A stretch of DNA of 63,929 nucleotides, the filler included. It is 9 parts of 9 records of this genome, joined end to end, with 100 filler letters (N's around TTAATTAATTAA, not from the genome) between each part and the next. Parts side by side here need not be neighbours in the genome. Positions count along the whole stretch, not along the records: positions 27,174 to 34,239 come from SRR31156797_33146; positions 34,340 to 39,354 come from SRR31156797_33157; 7 more parts are not named here. One strand, given 5' to 3'. Position numbers and translations under genes: made by a program. Positions 28,504 to 39,454 of the stretch are shown in pieces. Under the pieces are notes generated by a model. The model worked only from the letters and a program-made list of their open reading frames with translations, had not been told where the DNA came from and did no database searches. The first letter of the stretch is position 1. The number at the start of each line of letters is the position of its first letter.

Positions 28504-30468
28504 TCATTTCTCCTTCATGATGATGGTGACACCCGTTTCACCCGCCGCCAACCGGCGGGCATGCAGGGCGGTTAGCTTATCATCCGGGCATTTTTGCGAT
28601 AGGGCTTCGAGCGAAATCGTCGCGCTTGCTTCGCCGGCGGCCATTTCGTCAAAAGCCGCGTCGTAGGCGTCAAGGTCAACAGTTTCTTCAAGCGCCGGAT
28701 AGACCGGCTCGTAGACATCGATACCGGCCTGTTTGCCTTTGAGAACCAGGGCGCCGACCGGCCGGAACCGAACATCATCGCCGCATCGGTCCGCCGTCGC
28801 CGCCGAAACACAGATCAGCGTACCCAGATGTTTGTTGACGCTTTCCAACCGGGCCGCCGTGTTTATGGCGTCGCCATGGGCCGTATAGTCGAAAAACACA
28901 TCGCCGCCGAAGTTGCCGACGACCACTTCGCCCGTGTTGACGCCAATCCGAGTGACGCCGAACTCGAAACCCTTCAGGCGCTGCTCTTCGACGAAATCGC
29001 GGGCGAACCCATCCATGGCAAGCGCGCATTTAACGGCGCGCACCGGATGATCCGATTGATCGACCGGCGCATTGAACATCACATGCAATGCATCGCCGAC
29101 GATCTTATCGATGGTGCCGCCATGTTCGAACGCGATCTGGCACATACCATCCAGATAGGCATTGAGAAACGGCAGAACGACCGCCGGCTCCGCCTTTTCG
29201 ATCATCGAGGTAAACCCGGCCAGGTCGGTGAACAGGCAAGTAACCTCACGGCGCTCGCCATTTACTTTCAGGCGTGTCGGGTTGGCCAACAGCTGATCGA
29301 CGACCTGCGGCGACGTGAAACGGGAAAACGCGTCGCGGATGAATTTCTTGCGCTCCCTCTCCCTGCGTCCGAAATAGGCGCTGGCCGTACCGATGCCTAC
29401 CCCCCCGGCAACGCTGGGCGCGACCAGTGGCAACAGGATGCCTCCGTCGGCGTAAAGGGCAAAGCCGCCAATCCACAAGGCGGCAAGCACCGCCACGCTG
29501 CCTATTGCCTTTAACCAATTCCCTACATCCGCCACCGCCAGGAAACATCCGATCGCAGCCACCAAAAGGACGATGCCGGCCTGCCGGAAAAAACCGACCT
29601 TAGCCGCCACCGGTGTGTCCAGTAACTGGGCCAGGGAATGGGCATGGATGAAAAGGCCTGAGAGTATCCCGCCATCGCTTGGGCCCGCCGCCATCGACGT
29701 ACGGTGCCGGTCGCCGTGCGGAAGTTCGGCACCAATCAGTACTATCTTTTCGTGGAACCACGCCTTCGGCAGGTGCCTGAACACATGGGCTGGAAACACC
29801 CGGAAAGGTGGCCCGCCGTCACCGGTTTGCGGCCGCAGTACAAGCTCCACGGCGGAAGTGGGGCCGACCACCCCCAACTCCTTTGCGATCGCCGCGGCAA
29901 ATCCGGGAATGCCCCCCGACGACGTATCTTTTCCCGGATACACCCAGCGGACCACCCCGTCGGCCCCGTCCTTCAGCAGATTGACGCCCCCTTTCGATTG
30001 GGAACCGACAAAATCCCGCAGGAATTCGGTTTGACGTTGGGTCAGCCCTTCGTCGCCATCGGCCCAGGCCAGCACGAGCGGGACCGACAGATTTGCCAAT
30101 GCCGTGCGCAGGACGGCGTCTTTGGCCGGTTCGGTCGGCTGATCGAAAAGGATATCCAGGCCGATAGCCTTTGGCCCGGCCGCATCGATCGTCGTGATGA
30201 TCTCGGCCAGAAATGACCGATCGATCGGCGAACGGTAGGCAAGCCCGGCCAGCGTGTCTTCGGTGATGGCGACGATCACGATATCCGGGTGTGCCGGTTG
30301 CGGCGGCGTCAACGTCGCTATCCGCAAATCATAGACCCAGTTTTCCGCCGCTCGCAGAAACGGGATCGACCCAAACACGGTCATCGCGACGACAGTGGCA
30401 GCCACCGCAATCGCTAGAATTACCGGGAAGGTCTGTCGGTATGCGGCGGATATCATCGGCCCATTCAC
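28504..30468 (-). CDS. CHASE2-domain class III adenylate cyclase
   Basis: CHASE2 (IVIVAITEDTL..RSPIDR, GLDILFDQP), three TMs, FTDLAGFT, IDKIVGDA, GDAINTAARLE; start at GTG 30468 or ATG 30456. Confidence 0.9.
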   Translation of the reverse strand: MNGPMISAAYRQTFPVILAIAVAATVVAMTVFGSIPFLRAAENWVYDLRIATLTPPQPAHPDIVIVAITEDTLAGLAYRSPIDRSFLAEIITTIDAAGPKAIGLDILFDQPTEPAKDAVLRTALANLSVPLVLAWADGDEGLTQRQTEFLRDFVGSQSKGGVNLLKDGADGVVRWVYPGKDTSSGGIPGFAAAIAKELGVVGPTSAVELVLRPQTGDGGPPFRVFPAHVFRHLPKAWFHEKIVLIGAELPHGDRHRTSMAAGPSDGGILSGLFIHAHSLAQLLDTPVAAKVGFFRQAGIVLLVAAIGCFLAVADVGNWLKAIGSVAVLAALWIGGFALYADGGILLPLVAPSVAGGVGIGTASAYFGRRERERKKFIRDAFSRFTSPQVVDQLLANPTRLKVNGERREVTCLFTDLAGFTSMIEKAEPAVVLPFLNAYLDGMCQIAFEHGGTIDKIVGDALHVMFNAPVDQSDHPVRAVKCALAMDGFARDFVEEQRLKGFEFGVTRIGVNTGEVVVGNFGGDVFFDYTAHGDAINTAARLESVNKHLGTLICVSAATADRCGDDVRFRPVGALVLKGKQAGIDVYEPVYPALEETVDLDAYDAAFDEMAAGEASATISLEALSQKCPDDKLTALHARRLAAGETGVTIIMKEK

Positions 30469-30523
30469 GCCCCCTTGCCGCGGCCCTGTCCGGACGCGAA
30501 TCCCATGGCCGGTGTTCAGGCGA

Positions 30524-30628
30524 TTATCTGTGCTCGCCCTTGTCGGCGTCCAGTTCCATCCACATGGCATTGAGGATGGCCAGTGCGACGATGAAACCCA
30601 GACCCAGAACCCAAGCGAAATACCACAT
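30524..30628 (-). CDS. cydX: Cytochrome bd oxidase small subunit CydX (missing from ORF track)
   Basis: MWYFAWVLGLGFIVALAILNAMWMELDADKGEHR, 34 aa, GAGGAGG RBS, directly after cydB. Confidence 0.93.
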   Translation of the reverse strand: MWYFAWVLGLGFIVALAILNAMWMELDADKGEHR

Positions 30629-30640
30629 TGCCGGCCCTCC

Positions 30641-31786
30641 TCAATAGGTTGCGTCGGGGTTGTTCTCGACGTAACCAGCGGTCACCTTGCCACGCAACAC
30701 CCGGAACACCCAAGCCGTATAAATCAATACGATCGGCATCAACACAGCCGTCGCGACCAGCATGATGAACAATGTCAAATGGCTGGAAGACGAATCCCAT
30801 ACGGTCAGGCTGCTGCCCGGATCGGTGCTGGACGGAAGCAGGAACGGGAACATGCTGACACCGACCGTCGAGACGATGCCGAAGACTCCAAGACCTGTAG
30901 CCAGAAAACCAATCCCGGAACGACCGGCGCGCAACAACAACGCCGCCGATGACGCACCGATCAGCCCCAACGTCGGAGCGCCAATCATCCAGGGCCAGAC
31001 CGAATAATTCGCCAACCATGCGCCTGGTTCCTGCAGCACGACTTTACCCAACGGATTGGACGGTCCGTCGTGAACGGCCCCGGCGGCCAGAACGAATCCG
31101 TCAACACCGTTGGCGATCCAAATCCCGCCGCCGGCGAAAAGCAGAACGGTCAATACCGCCGCCACCGATCCGGCGCGGGCGCCCCGGCTTGAAAGCGGCG
31201 CTTCGGTCTTAAGCGCGATAAAGGCGCTGCCATGCATGATCAGCATGGTCAGGCTCAGAACCCCGCACAATAGCGCGAACGGATTGAACAGGTCCAAAAG
31301 CCCACCGGTGTAGGTAACGCGAAGACTGTCATCGAAGAAGAAAGGCACGCCTTGAAGCACGTTTCCGACGGCAACGCCAAAAACCAACGCCGGTACCGCA
31401 CCGCCAAGAAAAAGGGCGCCATCCCAGAAGTTTCGCCATACGGGATTGGCCAGTTTACCGCGGAACTTGAATCCGACGGGCCGTAAGATGAGCGCCGCCA
31501 GGACCAGGAACATGGCCAGGTAGAACCCGGAAAAACTGACCGCATAAAGCGGCGGCCAAGCCGCGAAAATGGCGCCGCCACCGAGAATGAACCAAACCTG
31601 GTTGCCTTCCCAAACCGGGCCGATCGTATTGATCATTATGCGGCGTTCGGTGTCGGTCCGGCCGATGATCGGCAACAGGGCCGCCACCCCCAGATCGAAA
31701 CCGTCCATGATCGCGAAGCCGATCAAAAGGATGCCGAGCAAGGCCCACCAGATGATGCGCAGGATTTCGTAATCCAGGAAAACCAT
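30641..31786 (-). CDS. cydB: Cytochrome bd ubiquinol oxidase subunit II
   Basis: [33 protein letters not shown]. Confidence 0.96.
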   Translation of the reverse strand: MVFLDYEILRIIWWALLGILLIGFAIMDGFDLGVAALLPIIGRTDTERRIMINTIGPVWEGNQVWFILGGGAIFAAWPPLYAVSFSGFYLAMFLVLAALILRPVGFKFRGKLANPVWRNFWDGALFLGGAVPALVFGVAVGNVLQGVPFFFDDSLRVTYTGGLLDLFNPFALLCGVLSLTMLIMHGSAFIALKTEAPLSSRGARAGSVAAVLTVLLFAGGGIWIANGVDGFVLAAGAVHDGPSNPLGKVVLQEPGAWLANYSVWPWMIGAPTLGLIGASSAALLLRAGRSGIGFLATGLGVFGIVSTVGVSMFPFLLPSSTDPGSSLTVWDSSSSHLTLFIMLVATAVLMPIVLIYTAWVFRVLRGKVTAGYVENNPDATY

Positions 31787-31795
31787 GGCCGCCCC

Positions 31796-33352
31796 CTATT
31801 CCGCCGGTGCCGGCCGGTCGGCCGGTGTTGGATGTCTGCCGTAAGGTCCGATTCGAATGTATTTGACCATCAGGAAAACATCGACGATGGCCAAAGCCGA
31901 ATAGAACAGGACAAACCCGATCAGGCTGAGCACCACGTTTTCGGCAGAGACGCTCGACGCCGCCAGGAAGGTCGGCAAGACACCTTCGATAGCCCAGGGC
32001 TGGCGCCCATATTCGGCAACGAACCACCCCAGTTCGCAGGAAATCCACGGCAACGGCAGGCTCAGCAATGCCGCCCACAAAAACCACCGGTACGTCTCGA
32101 AACGGCGCCGTGCCGACAGATAGAAGGCGAAGGCAAAAAAGGCGATAAAATAGAAACCGAGACCGACCATCACCCTGAACGACCAGAACAGAGGCGCCAC
32201 ACGCGGCACCGTATCCCAGGCCGCCGACACGATCTGCTCGTCGGTGGCATCGACGACGGCATCCGTGTACTTCTTGAGAAGCAGGCCGTAACCAAGGGTA
32301 TCGACGGTTGCCTCCAGTGCCGTCCGCGATGCCTTATCATCGGGATTGGCCCGCAAATTGACCAGCGCCTCGTAGGCAACCATACCGGTGCGGATCTTGC
32401 GTTCCGCCGCCTCGACCAGGTTTTTGATGCCGGGAACCTCGGTATCGATGGACCGCGTCGCAATCAAACCCAAGGCCCAAGGCACCGCGATCTCGTAATC
32501 GGTTTTCCGCGCTTCCTGGTTCGGCAACCCGAAGATCGTGAACGACGCCGGCGGCTCTTCGGTTTCCCACATGGACTCTATGGCGGCGATCTTCATCTTC
32601 TGGTGCGCCGTCGCCGTATAGCCGCTTTCATCGCCGAGCACGACGACGGACAGTGCCGATGCCAAGCCGAAACTGGCCGCCACCGTCATCGAACGTTTGG
32701 CGAATGCATGGTCGCGTCCGACTAAAAGATAAAGGGCGCTGATCGCCATCACGAAAATGGCACCGGTGACATATCCGGCGCCGACCGTGTGCACGAATTT
32801 GGACTGCGCCACCGGATTGAAGAAAACATCGTAGAAGTTGGTCAGTTCCATGCGCATGGTTTCGTAATTGAACGCCGCGCCCACGGGGTTCTGCATCCAG
32901 GCGTTGGCGATCAGTATCCACAGCGCCGACAGGTTCGAGCCGATGGCGACCAGCCAGGTCACCAAAAGATGTCCCAGTTTGGTCAGTCGGTCCCAGCCGA
33001 AGAAGAACAGCCCGATGAAGGTGGCCTCCAGGAAAAAGGCCATCAATCCCTCGACAGCCAGCGGCACGCCGAAGATGTCGCCGACATACTGGGCGTAGTA
33101 GGCCCAGTTGGTTCCGAACTGGAACTCCATGGTGATGCCGGTGGCCACTCCCATGGCGAAGTTGATGCCGAACAGCAACCCCCAGAATTTCGTCATGTCA
33201 CGCCAGATCATGCGGCCGGTCATGACATAGACGCTTTCCATGATGGCGATCAGCAGGCTCAGGCCCAGCGTCAGCGGCACGAACAGAAAGTGGTACATGG
33301 CGGTCAACGCGAACTGCAGCCGGGAAAGCTGCACCACGTCGAATTCAAACAT
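31796..33352 (-). CDS. cydA: Cytochrome bd ubiquinol oxidase subunit I
   Basis: LSRLQFALTAMYHFLFVPLT, MEFQFGTNW, QKMKIAAIE, EYGRQPW. Confidence 0.97.
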   Translation of the reverse strand: MFEFDVVQLSRLQFALTAMYHFLFVPLTLGLSLLIAIMESVYVMTGRMIWRDMTKFWGLLFGINFAMGVATGITMEFQFGTNWAYYAQYVGDIFGVPLAVEGLMAFFLEATFIGLFFFGWDRLTKLGHLLVTWLVAIGSNLSALWILIANAWMQNPVGAAFNYETMRMELTNFYDVFFNPVAQSKFVHTVGAGYVTGAIFVMAISALYLLVGRDHAFAKRSMTVAASFGLASALSVVVLGDESGYTATAHQKMKIAAIESMWETEEPPASFTIFGLPNQEARKTDYEIAVPWALGLIATRSIDTEVPGIKNLVEAAERKIRTGMVAYEALVNLRANPDDKASRTALEATVDTLGYGLLLKKYTDAVVDATDEQIVSAAWDTVPRVAPLFWSFRVMVGLGFYFIAFFAFAFYLSARRRFETYRWFLWAALLSLPLPWISCELGWFVAEYGRQPWAIEGVLPTFLAASSVSAENVVLSLIGFVLFYSALAIVDVFLMVKYIRIGPYGRHPTPADRPAPAE

Positions 33353-33563
33353 CGGAATCGCTCCTTGTCTGGGTCACCGACGGTGGGCCGAAAAGCGCCG
33401 CGCCAACCTCATCGGGCGTCGGGTTCAACCGGTTGTCGGGTCCGAAGAATAAAAACCAGAGCGCACCCAGGGCCAGCACCTTGAGCAGAAGAACGGCGGC
33501 GATTTCGCGCGCCAACGGATGCCACCTTCGAATACGGCGTGCAGTCACGGTTGTTTCCCCCAC
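33345..33563 (-). CDS. CydP-like small membrane protein upstream of cydA
   Basis: REIAAVLLLKVLALGALWFLFF; overlaps the cydA start. Confidence 0.7.
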   Translation of the reverse strand: MGETTVTARRIRRWHPLAREIAAVLLLKVLALGALWFLFFGPDNRLNPTPDEVGAALFGPPSVTQTRSDSDV

Positions 33564-33789
33564 GGCCCGAACGGACGTCTTCCGGTCCGTCCCGATATGG
33601 ACACGGTTGTGTCAGCTTAAACCAAAAGGCCTACAAACCGCAGCTTTCAATCCACTTCGAGCGATGCTTTTTTTTCGCGTTCGGGGCGGAATCCTTCACT
33701 GCCGCCCGTGGCCCGCAAGGTCACCGCGTGATATGCTGCGCAGCAACCGGGACGACCAACCCGGCAAAGGCGAACAGGGAATCCGCGCC

Positions 33790-34239
33790 ATGAAAATGCC
33801 CGAACCGGACCAAAGCGTTCTCGGCCGCCGAAACGAAATCATCGCCGCCATGCGCGCCATCGTGCCCGGCGACGGTGTCATCGTCGACGAAGACGAATTG
33901 CGCGTCTACGAATGCGACGGTCTGTCGGCCTATCGCCAGCTGCCGCTGATTGTCGTGCTGCCGGAGACGGTCGAGCAGGTCTCGGCGGTCCTCAAATACT
34001 GCCACGAAGCGAACGTCAAGATCGTTCCGCGCGGCGCTGGAACCTCGCTTTCCGGCGGTGCCTTGCCGGTCGCGGACGGCATCACCTTGGCCATGGGCAA
34101 ATTCAACAAGGTCCTGGAAATCGACTGGGAAAACCGCTGCGTCGTCACCCAGCCCGGCGTCACCAACCTGGCTTTGACCGAAGCCGTGCAGCACCGGGGT
34201 TTCTATTACGCGCCCGATCCGTCGAGCCAGATCGCGTGT
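33790..34239 (+). CDS. glcD: FAD-linked oxidase, glycolate oxidase subunit GlcD (3' truncated)
   Basis: YECDGLSAYRQLP, VPRGAGTSLSGGA, YAPDPSSQIAC. Confidence 0.88.
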
Positions 34240-34339
34240 NNNNNNNNNNNNNNNNNNNNNNNNNNNNNNNNNNNNNNNNNNNNTTAATTAATTAANNNNN
34301 NNNNNNNNNNNNNNNNNNNNNNNNNNNNNNNNNNNNNNN
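34240..34339. other. Artificial contig linker
   Basis: N-run with TTAATTAATTAA. Confidence 0.99.
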
Positions 34340-35011
34340 CAGCAGCAGCGGGTCGCCATCGGAAGAGCCATGATCGTGGAACCGGCTGTCATGCTCTTTG
34401 ATGAACCTCTGAGCAATCTGGATGAGAACCTGAGACAGAGCATGAGGCTGGATATCAGAAAGATCCTCCGGTCGGGAAACAGAACGAGCCTCTACGTCAC
34501 CCATGATCAGGAGGAGGCCATGGCCATGGCCGACAGGATCGTCGTCATGAACGGGGGGGTGATCGAGCAGATCGCTTCTCCCGGGGAACTCTACTGCAGG
34601 CCTGAAAACGAATATGTGGCCCGCTTTCTGGGCTTCCGTAATATCATTGATGCGGAGAAAGAGAGAGAGCGTATCAAAGTCCTGGGCCGCAGTATCGGGA
34701 TACCCTCCTCACTCCGGTCCGGGGGAAAGGGGGCGCTGCGTGTCCTTATCCGTTCTGAGGATATCGAAATGGCCAGGAAGGGGGCTCTCTCCGGGACGCG
34801 TCCGGAAGACTCTATTCTCCTCCGGGGGGTAGTGGAGGAGACGGAGTTGGGAATCAGTATCCGCTCCTTTCTGGTGGCCACGGAATACGGAACGCTTCAT
34901 GTCTCCGATCTGAACAGGAGCCGGGTGACATCCCCCGAACCGGGGGAAGAGCTTAGCCTTAGCATAGCCGTCGATGCTTTACACTTTCTGAAGGAGCCTT
35001 CCCCATTATGA
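34340..35011 (+). CDS. ABC ATP-binding protein, PotA/FbpC type (5' truncated)
   Basis: [34 protein letters not shown]-like tail. Confidence 0.9.
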   Translation, partial: QQQRVAIGRAMIVEPAVMLFDEPLSNLDENLRQSMRLDIRKILRSGNRTSLYVTHDQEEAMAMADRIVVMNGGVIEQIASPGELYCRPENEYVARFLGFRNIIDAEKERERIKVLGRSIGIPSSLRSGGKGALRVLIRSEDIEMARKGALSGTRPEDSILLRGVVEETELGISIRSFLVATEYGTLHVSDLNRSRVTSPEPGEELSLSIAVDALHFLKEPSPL

Positions 35012-35640
35012 TCATCGATCTTCACTTCCATACGGATAAATTCTCATCCTGCAGCCGGATTCCCCTGGACCGGGGGATTGAGAGGGCAAAAGAGCGGGGA
35101 CTGGACGGTATCTGCATCACGGAGCACGATGTACTGCATAAGGGAAGCGATCTCGGCGGACTGGAGAGACGTTACGGTATAAAGATTTTTGTGGGTACCG
35201 AGATCCTGAGCCGGGAGGGGGATATCCTCTGTTTCGGCCTGAACGCTGTTCCCGGAAACAGTATCTCCGCCTCCGATCTTACGGCGTATGTGGAGACTCT
35301 CGGAGGGGCTACCATCGCGGCCCACCCATTCCGGGCGAACGACAGGGGGGTAAAAGAGCTCTTTCCCCGGCTGAAAGGTCTGAGCGCTGCGGAGGCGTTC
35401 AACGGAAACACATCGGAGGAGAACAACCGCAGGGCGCTGGTATTGGCACGGTCGGAGGGAATTCCCGTCGTCGGAGCCAGCGATTCCCACTGTCTGGAGA
35501 GGGTCGGCTGTTTCGCCACCGAGTTTGCCGGCTCCGTCGATTCGGAGGCCGGTCTCTGCAAGGCCCTTCGGGCCGGGGACTATGTTCCCGTGAGGCATAC
35601 GCGGAGAGGATATGAAGTAATCGATACGGAGGGATGCTGA
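35008..35640 (+). CDS. PHP-domain phosphoesterase
   Basis: IDLHFHT, ITEHD, AAHPFR, GASDSH. Confidence 0.9.
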   Translation: MIIDLHFHTDKFSSCSRIPLDRGIERAKERGLDGICITEHDVLHKGSDLGGLERRYGIKIFVGTEILSREGDILCFGLNAVPGNSISASDLTAYVETLGGATIAAHPFRANDRGVKELFPRLKGLSAAEAFNGNTSEENNRRALVLARSEGIPVVGASDSHCLERVGCFATEFAGSVDSEAGLCKALRAGDYVPVRHTRRGYEVIDTEGC

Positions 35641-35643
35641 GCC

Positions 35644-36879
35644 GTGAGTCGCCGCAGACTCTTTAAGACAGCGCATTTCTCCATCCTCTTCTTTTCGGCC
35701 GTGCTTGTCCGGGGAGAGGACTATCTCCTTGTCATCAATGGCTCGGGGCATCCCGAAGAGGCACCCCGTTACATCGGCTCCTTTGAGCACCTCCCCTTTG
35801 AGAGATCGGCAGCTTCGGAGGGAATGGATAATCCTGTCGAGGATACCAGCCGCACCGGTTTCCGGCCAGAAAAATCTCTGACCTGGAGGGATGAGCGCCA
35901 TCTCTTCCTGGTAGAGGAAGAGGAGGGGATATATGAGATAGAGGGGCGTCTCGTCTACGGAGGCGAGGAGAGCCGCTGCCTCATCTATGCCGAGTCGGGA
36001 AGCAAGTATGAAAGGCAGTTCGACTGGTCCAGGGTAGGGCGCTTCTTCGATAGAAAGGTCTACCCCGTCTTAAGCCGCAGCTTCGGCAGGCCCGGGGATA
36101 TAGACGGGAACGGCAAGATCGTGATCTTCTACTACTCCTTCCTCGACGATACCATGCTCGGCTATTTCAGCGGGGGCGACCTGTTCAGCCGTCGGGAGAT
36201 CGAAAGCTCCAACGAGATGGAGATCCTCTATATGAACTGTGACTACGGCAGCCCTCTCTCCCGGGATATGATGGAAACCCTTCCCCATGAGTTCATGCAC
36301 CTGATCAACTACTCCGCCCGGCAGCGGCGCGGGTTTATGGAGATGGACCTGTGGATGGACGAAGGGCTGGCCGAATGCGCTACCGAGCTTGTTATGAGGA
36401 AGGTCCTCTCCTCTAATATGGAGGTCTTCAGGGATCCCGCCTATTCTACCTGGAGGGGAAGCGCTCTCTGCGCCTGGGGAGAGGGGGACGAGGACTACGC
36501 CCTGAGCTATCTCTTTATGGAGTATCTCAAGGTTCAGGCCGGTACGACGGAAATCTTCAGAAAGATGATCCGCCATCCCATGGGCTCGGCCTTCAGCCTT
36601 CCGGAGATCATGAGGGAGCACGTCCCCGAGTTCGACAGCTTTCCGGCCATCCTGAGAAGCTTCTACCTCGCCCTCCTCCTCGGCGAGGATGAAGGGCTCT
36701 ACGGATTCAGGGGGATGAACGGTTCGTATCAGGTTGTGCCGCGGCCCGCGGGTGACTCCTTTGAGGGTTATCTCTTTCCGGGCGGGGCCGTCTATCTCCC
36801 CCTTCCCGACGGGGAGCCGGTGATGACGGAGGAGCCGTCCAAGCATATTATGGTGATCGATACCCGGGATTACAGGTGA
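35644..36879 (+). CDS. Secreted zincin metallopeptidase (M30-like)
   Basis: DIDGNGKI, GYF, ETLPHEFMHLINY (HExxH), WMDEGLAE. Confidence 0.75.
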   Translation: MSRRRLFKTAHFSILFFSAVLVRGEDYLLVINGSGHPEEAPRYIGSFEHLPFERSAASEGMDNPVEDTSRTGFRPEKSLTWRDERHLFLVEEEEGIYEIEGRLVYGGEESRCLIYAESGSKYERQFDWSRVGRFFDRKVYPVLSRSFGRPGDIDGNGKIVIFYYSFLDDTMLGYFSGGDLFSRREIESSNEMEILYMNCDYGSPLSRDMMETLPHEFMHLINYSARQRRGFMEMDLWMDEGLAECATELVMRKVLSSNMEVFRDPAYSTWRGSALCAWGEGDEDYALSYLFMEYLKVQAGTTEIFRKMIRHPMGSAFSLPEIMREHVPEFDSFPAILRSFYLALLLGEDEGLYGFRGMNGSYQVVPRPAGDSFEGYLFPGGAVYLPLPDGEPVMTEEPSKHIMVIDTRDYR

Positions 36880-36882
36880 GGG

Positions 36883-37542
36883 TCAGGGGCGAGCGAAACG
36901 AAGCCTCCTTTTGGCCGCCAGCCTTTCTGCAAAGCCCTTGAACAGCCTGACCAGGGAGCCCACCAGGACGGCGGCGGCAACGGTTCCCTCTCCTATGCCC
37001 TTTACTTTCCCGATCAGAAGAAGAGAGCTCAGGGCGGCGAAGATGACGATGAAACAGTCGAATCCCACCTTCACCCGCCCGAACTCCTTTCCGCAGCACT
37101 GGGCGATGGCCGCCACCAGTCCCTCTCCGGGAAGATAGGTCAGCTCAGACCTCAGCTCCAGAAAGACGCCGAAGCCGATAACGGCGCAGCTGAGCAGACA
37201 GAGGGTCAGCCTGCCCCCGTATCCCGATACGCTCAGGCCCGCGATCAGGAAGCGCGAGAGGTCGATAAAGTAACCGAAGGCGATGGCCGCGGGCAGCTGG
37301 ACCAGCTGGAGGGGGCGGTAGTTTCTCCTCAGGATCAGGATCTGAAGGGCGACGAAGAGAACCATCATCGCGATGGCCGCCTCCCCCATGCTCAGCGGCA
37401 AGGCCAGGCTGTAGATATAGGGAACGCATGAGATGGGAGCCAGACCGAGATCCGCTTTGACAGAGACGGCGATCCCCAGGGACATGACAAACAGCCCCGC
37501 CGTTAGTGTTAACAGTTTTCGCAGCATCCTTCTTGCTTTCAT
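36883..37542 (-). CDS. YczE/YyaS/YitT family membrane protein
   Basis: ADLGLAPISCVPY, PGEGL, KVGFD, GIGEGT. Confidence 0.88.
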   Translation of the reverse strand: MKARRMLRKLLTLTAGLFVMSLGIAVSVKADLGLAPISCVPYIYSLALPLSMGEAAIAMMVLFVALQILILRRNYRPLQLVQLPAAIAFGYFIDLSRFLIAGLSVSGYGGRLTLCLLSCAVIGFGVFLELRSELTYLPGEGLVAAIAQCCGKEFGRVKVGFDCFIVIFAALSSLLLIGKVKGIGEGTVAAAVLVGSLVRLFKGFAERLAAKRRLRFARP

Positions 37543-37554
37543 CGGGCCGGTCCT

Positions 37555-39354
37555 TCAGTTGAGAATGAAAACCTTGTAGTTATCCCTGAAACCGGCCTGT
37601 TTCAAGAGCTCAGTGTAGGGGCTCTCCGAGACGGGCCGGCCGTTGATCTTTTCCACCCTGATCGATTTGAGGGGATCGAACTCCCGGCCCAGCAGCTTCC
37701 GGAAGAATCCAAGGGCCTCCAGGATGTCGGGCTCCCCCGTGTCCGGCGGTATATCCAGCTCCTTTCCGTTCCGCCTGGAGAAGAGGACGGGACGTTCTCC
37801 CCGGAAGACCATATGGCTGCTCTTCAGACGGCTGGGATACCGTCCCTTCAGGGCATCCAGCTTCACCCCCGCCAGGGAGGCCGGGTCGCTGCAGTTCATC
37901 CAGTACAGGGCGTTGTCATCCATGGGCTCCGAGAGCTCCCGCAGGGCCTCCCATCCGGCGAATTGGATCCCCCGTATATCCTCGAAGAAGTAACCCGAGA
38001 CGCACTCCCCCGAAAGCTCCATCAGCCGCAGTGTCCGGAACAGATCGTTCCAGTTCTGCCCCTCCGGCTCCCGCTCCAGCAGCTGGCGGAAGAGGACGCC
38101 GTAACGGAGGAAGAGCTGCCGTATGACATTCCTCTGCCTCTCATCCTTTTCGATCAGATCCTCGTCTTTCGGGACGGATTCGGTGAGGAACCAGCGGCCC
38201 TCTGCGGGGCGGGAGTTCTTCCATCTGCTGTATCCGCCCCTGCTGATCCTCCGGCCTCCGTTCTTCCTCTCCATCTCCCGGAATGAGTCGGTCTTGAACT
38301 TGTTGAGGATCCCGCTGCGGACCGCGGCGTAACGATCGTTGCTGAGCCTCCCCCGCCAGCACTCCTTCCAGAGCAGGGCCGCCAGTTGGGAGCTGCTCTT
38401 GTCGCTGTGCTCTTTCAGGTCCCAGAAGCCGAAGCTTCCCCTTCTGTCCGGGAAGAGCCCAGCCAGTTCGTCCTCCGCCTCCCCTCCGGGGGCGGCGTGT
38501 ATGAACAGGGACTGCTCCTCTTCGAAGCAGAAGGCCAGCGTCTCCTTCCCGCAGCCGTACCAGAGGAGGGGGCTCTCCTGGAAGAGGCCGTCCAGCCAGG
38601 ACTTGTAGTAGGGCTCCAGCCTGGCCGGAAAGATATCGCTCTCCCAGAGAGCGGGGGGCGCCCCGTAGGCTATCAGCTTTTCAAAGGCCTCCTGGAGATC
38701 GTCCCTGCCCGAGCCGGCGCTTGTCAGCAGCTGATGGCGGGCCAGGAAGGGCTGGAGCTTCTCGATGGGCAGGGCCTTGAAAGCGCTCCGTCCCTTCCTC
38801 CTTTTCAGACGGAACAGGAGCTCCAGGTTCTCCGCCGTGCAGGCCTGATTCCCGGCCGCCTCCTCGGTCAGCCGGTCGATGATCAGGTCCTCCGACTCCC
38901 TCAAAGCCTCCAGGCAGTCCAGGATCGCCTGGGGCCCGGCGGGATAGATCCGGGTAATCCCGTCCACGGCCAGGGGGCCCGAGTAGCTGAGCCAGAGGGG
39001 CAGGAGGCGATCCATCTCCTCTGTAAATCGGGCCTCTCCGTAGGTCTCCCTGTAGAGGCGGGAGATGACCAGGGGCTCCGCGCTCAGCTCGGTCTCCCAG
39101 AGGATCAGCTTTTTCTCCGTCTCCCTCAGGATCTCTTCCTGCCTGTCCGGCAGATCCCGCACCAGGGCCGCCTTCATCTCCTCCCACTGGCTCCGGGGAA
39201 TGAAGATCCGCTCCTCCACCCAGTCGTAGAGATCCTCGGCCCTGCGGGGGCAGTACTCGGGCCAGGTCCTCTGGAGCTTCCGCCTGAACTCCTCTGCCAA
39301 CGGTTCGGGCAGCATGGGCCTGAGCCCCGATTCGTGGACGATCCCCTTGATCAG
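37555..39354 (-). CDS. Lhr-family helicase, C-terminal part (5' truncated)
   Basis: WESDIFPARL..Y...WLD, GRW, LFLRYGVLFR, LRLMELSGE...GYF...GIQFA, DPASL. Confidence 0.8.
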   Translation of the reverse strand: MIKGIVHESGLRPMLPEPLAEEFRRKLQRTWPEYCPRRAEDLYDWVEERIFIPRSQWEEMKAALVRDLPDRQEEILRETEKKLILWETELSAEPLVISRLYRETYGEARFTEEMDRLLPLWLSYSGPLAVDGITRIYPAGPQAILDCLEALRESEDLIIDRLTEEAAGNQACTAENLELLFRLKRRKGRSAFKALPIEKLQPFLARHQLLTSAGSGRDDLQEAFEKLIAYGAPPALWESDIFPARLEPYYKSWLDGLFQESPLLWYGCGKETLAFCFEEEQSLFIHAAPGGEAEDELAGLFPDRRGSFGFWDLKEHSDKSSSQLAALLWKECWRGRLSNDRYAAVRSGILNKFKTDSFREMERKNGGRRISRGGYSRWKNSRPAEGRWFLTESVPKDEDLIEKDERQRNVIRQLFLRYGVLFRQLLEREPEGQNWNDLFRTLRLMELSGECVSGYFFEDIRGIQFAGWEALRELSEPMDDNALYWMNCSDPASLAGVKLDALKGRYPSRLKSSHMVFRGERPVLFSRRNGKELDIPPDTGEPDILEALGFFRKLLGREFDPLKSIRVEKINGRPVSESPYTELLKQAGFRDNYKVFILN

Positions 39355-39454
39355 NNNNNNNNNNNNNNNNNNNNNNNNNNNNNNNNNNNNNNNNNNNNTT
39401 AATTAATTAANNNNNNNNNNNNNNNNNNNNNNNNNNNNNNNNNNNNNNNNNNNN
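39355..39454. other. Artificial contig linker
   Basis: N-run with TTAATTAATTAA. Confidence 0.99.

Noticed and set aside
30469-30570. N-terminal extension of the adenylate cyclase
   Set aside because: Overlaps cydX in another frame; a later start is more plausible
33608-33621. TTGTGTCAGCTTAA as an FNR box upstream of cydP
   Set aside because: Too many mismatches to TTGAT-N4-ATCAA to support
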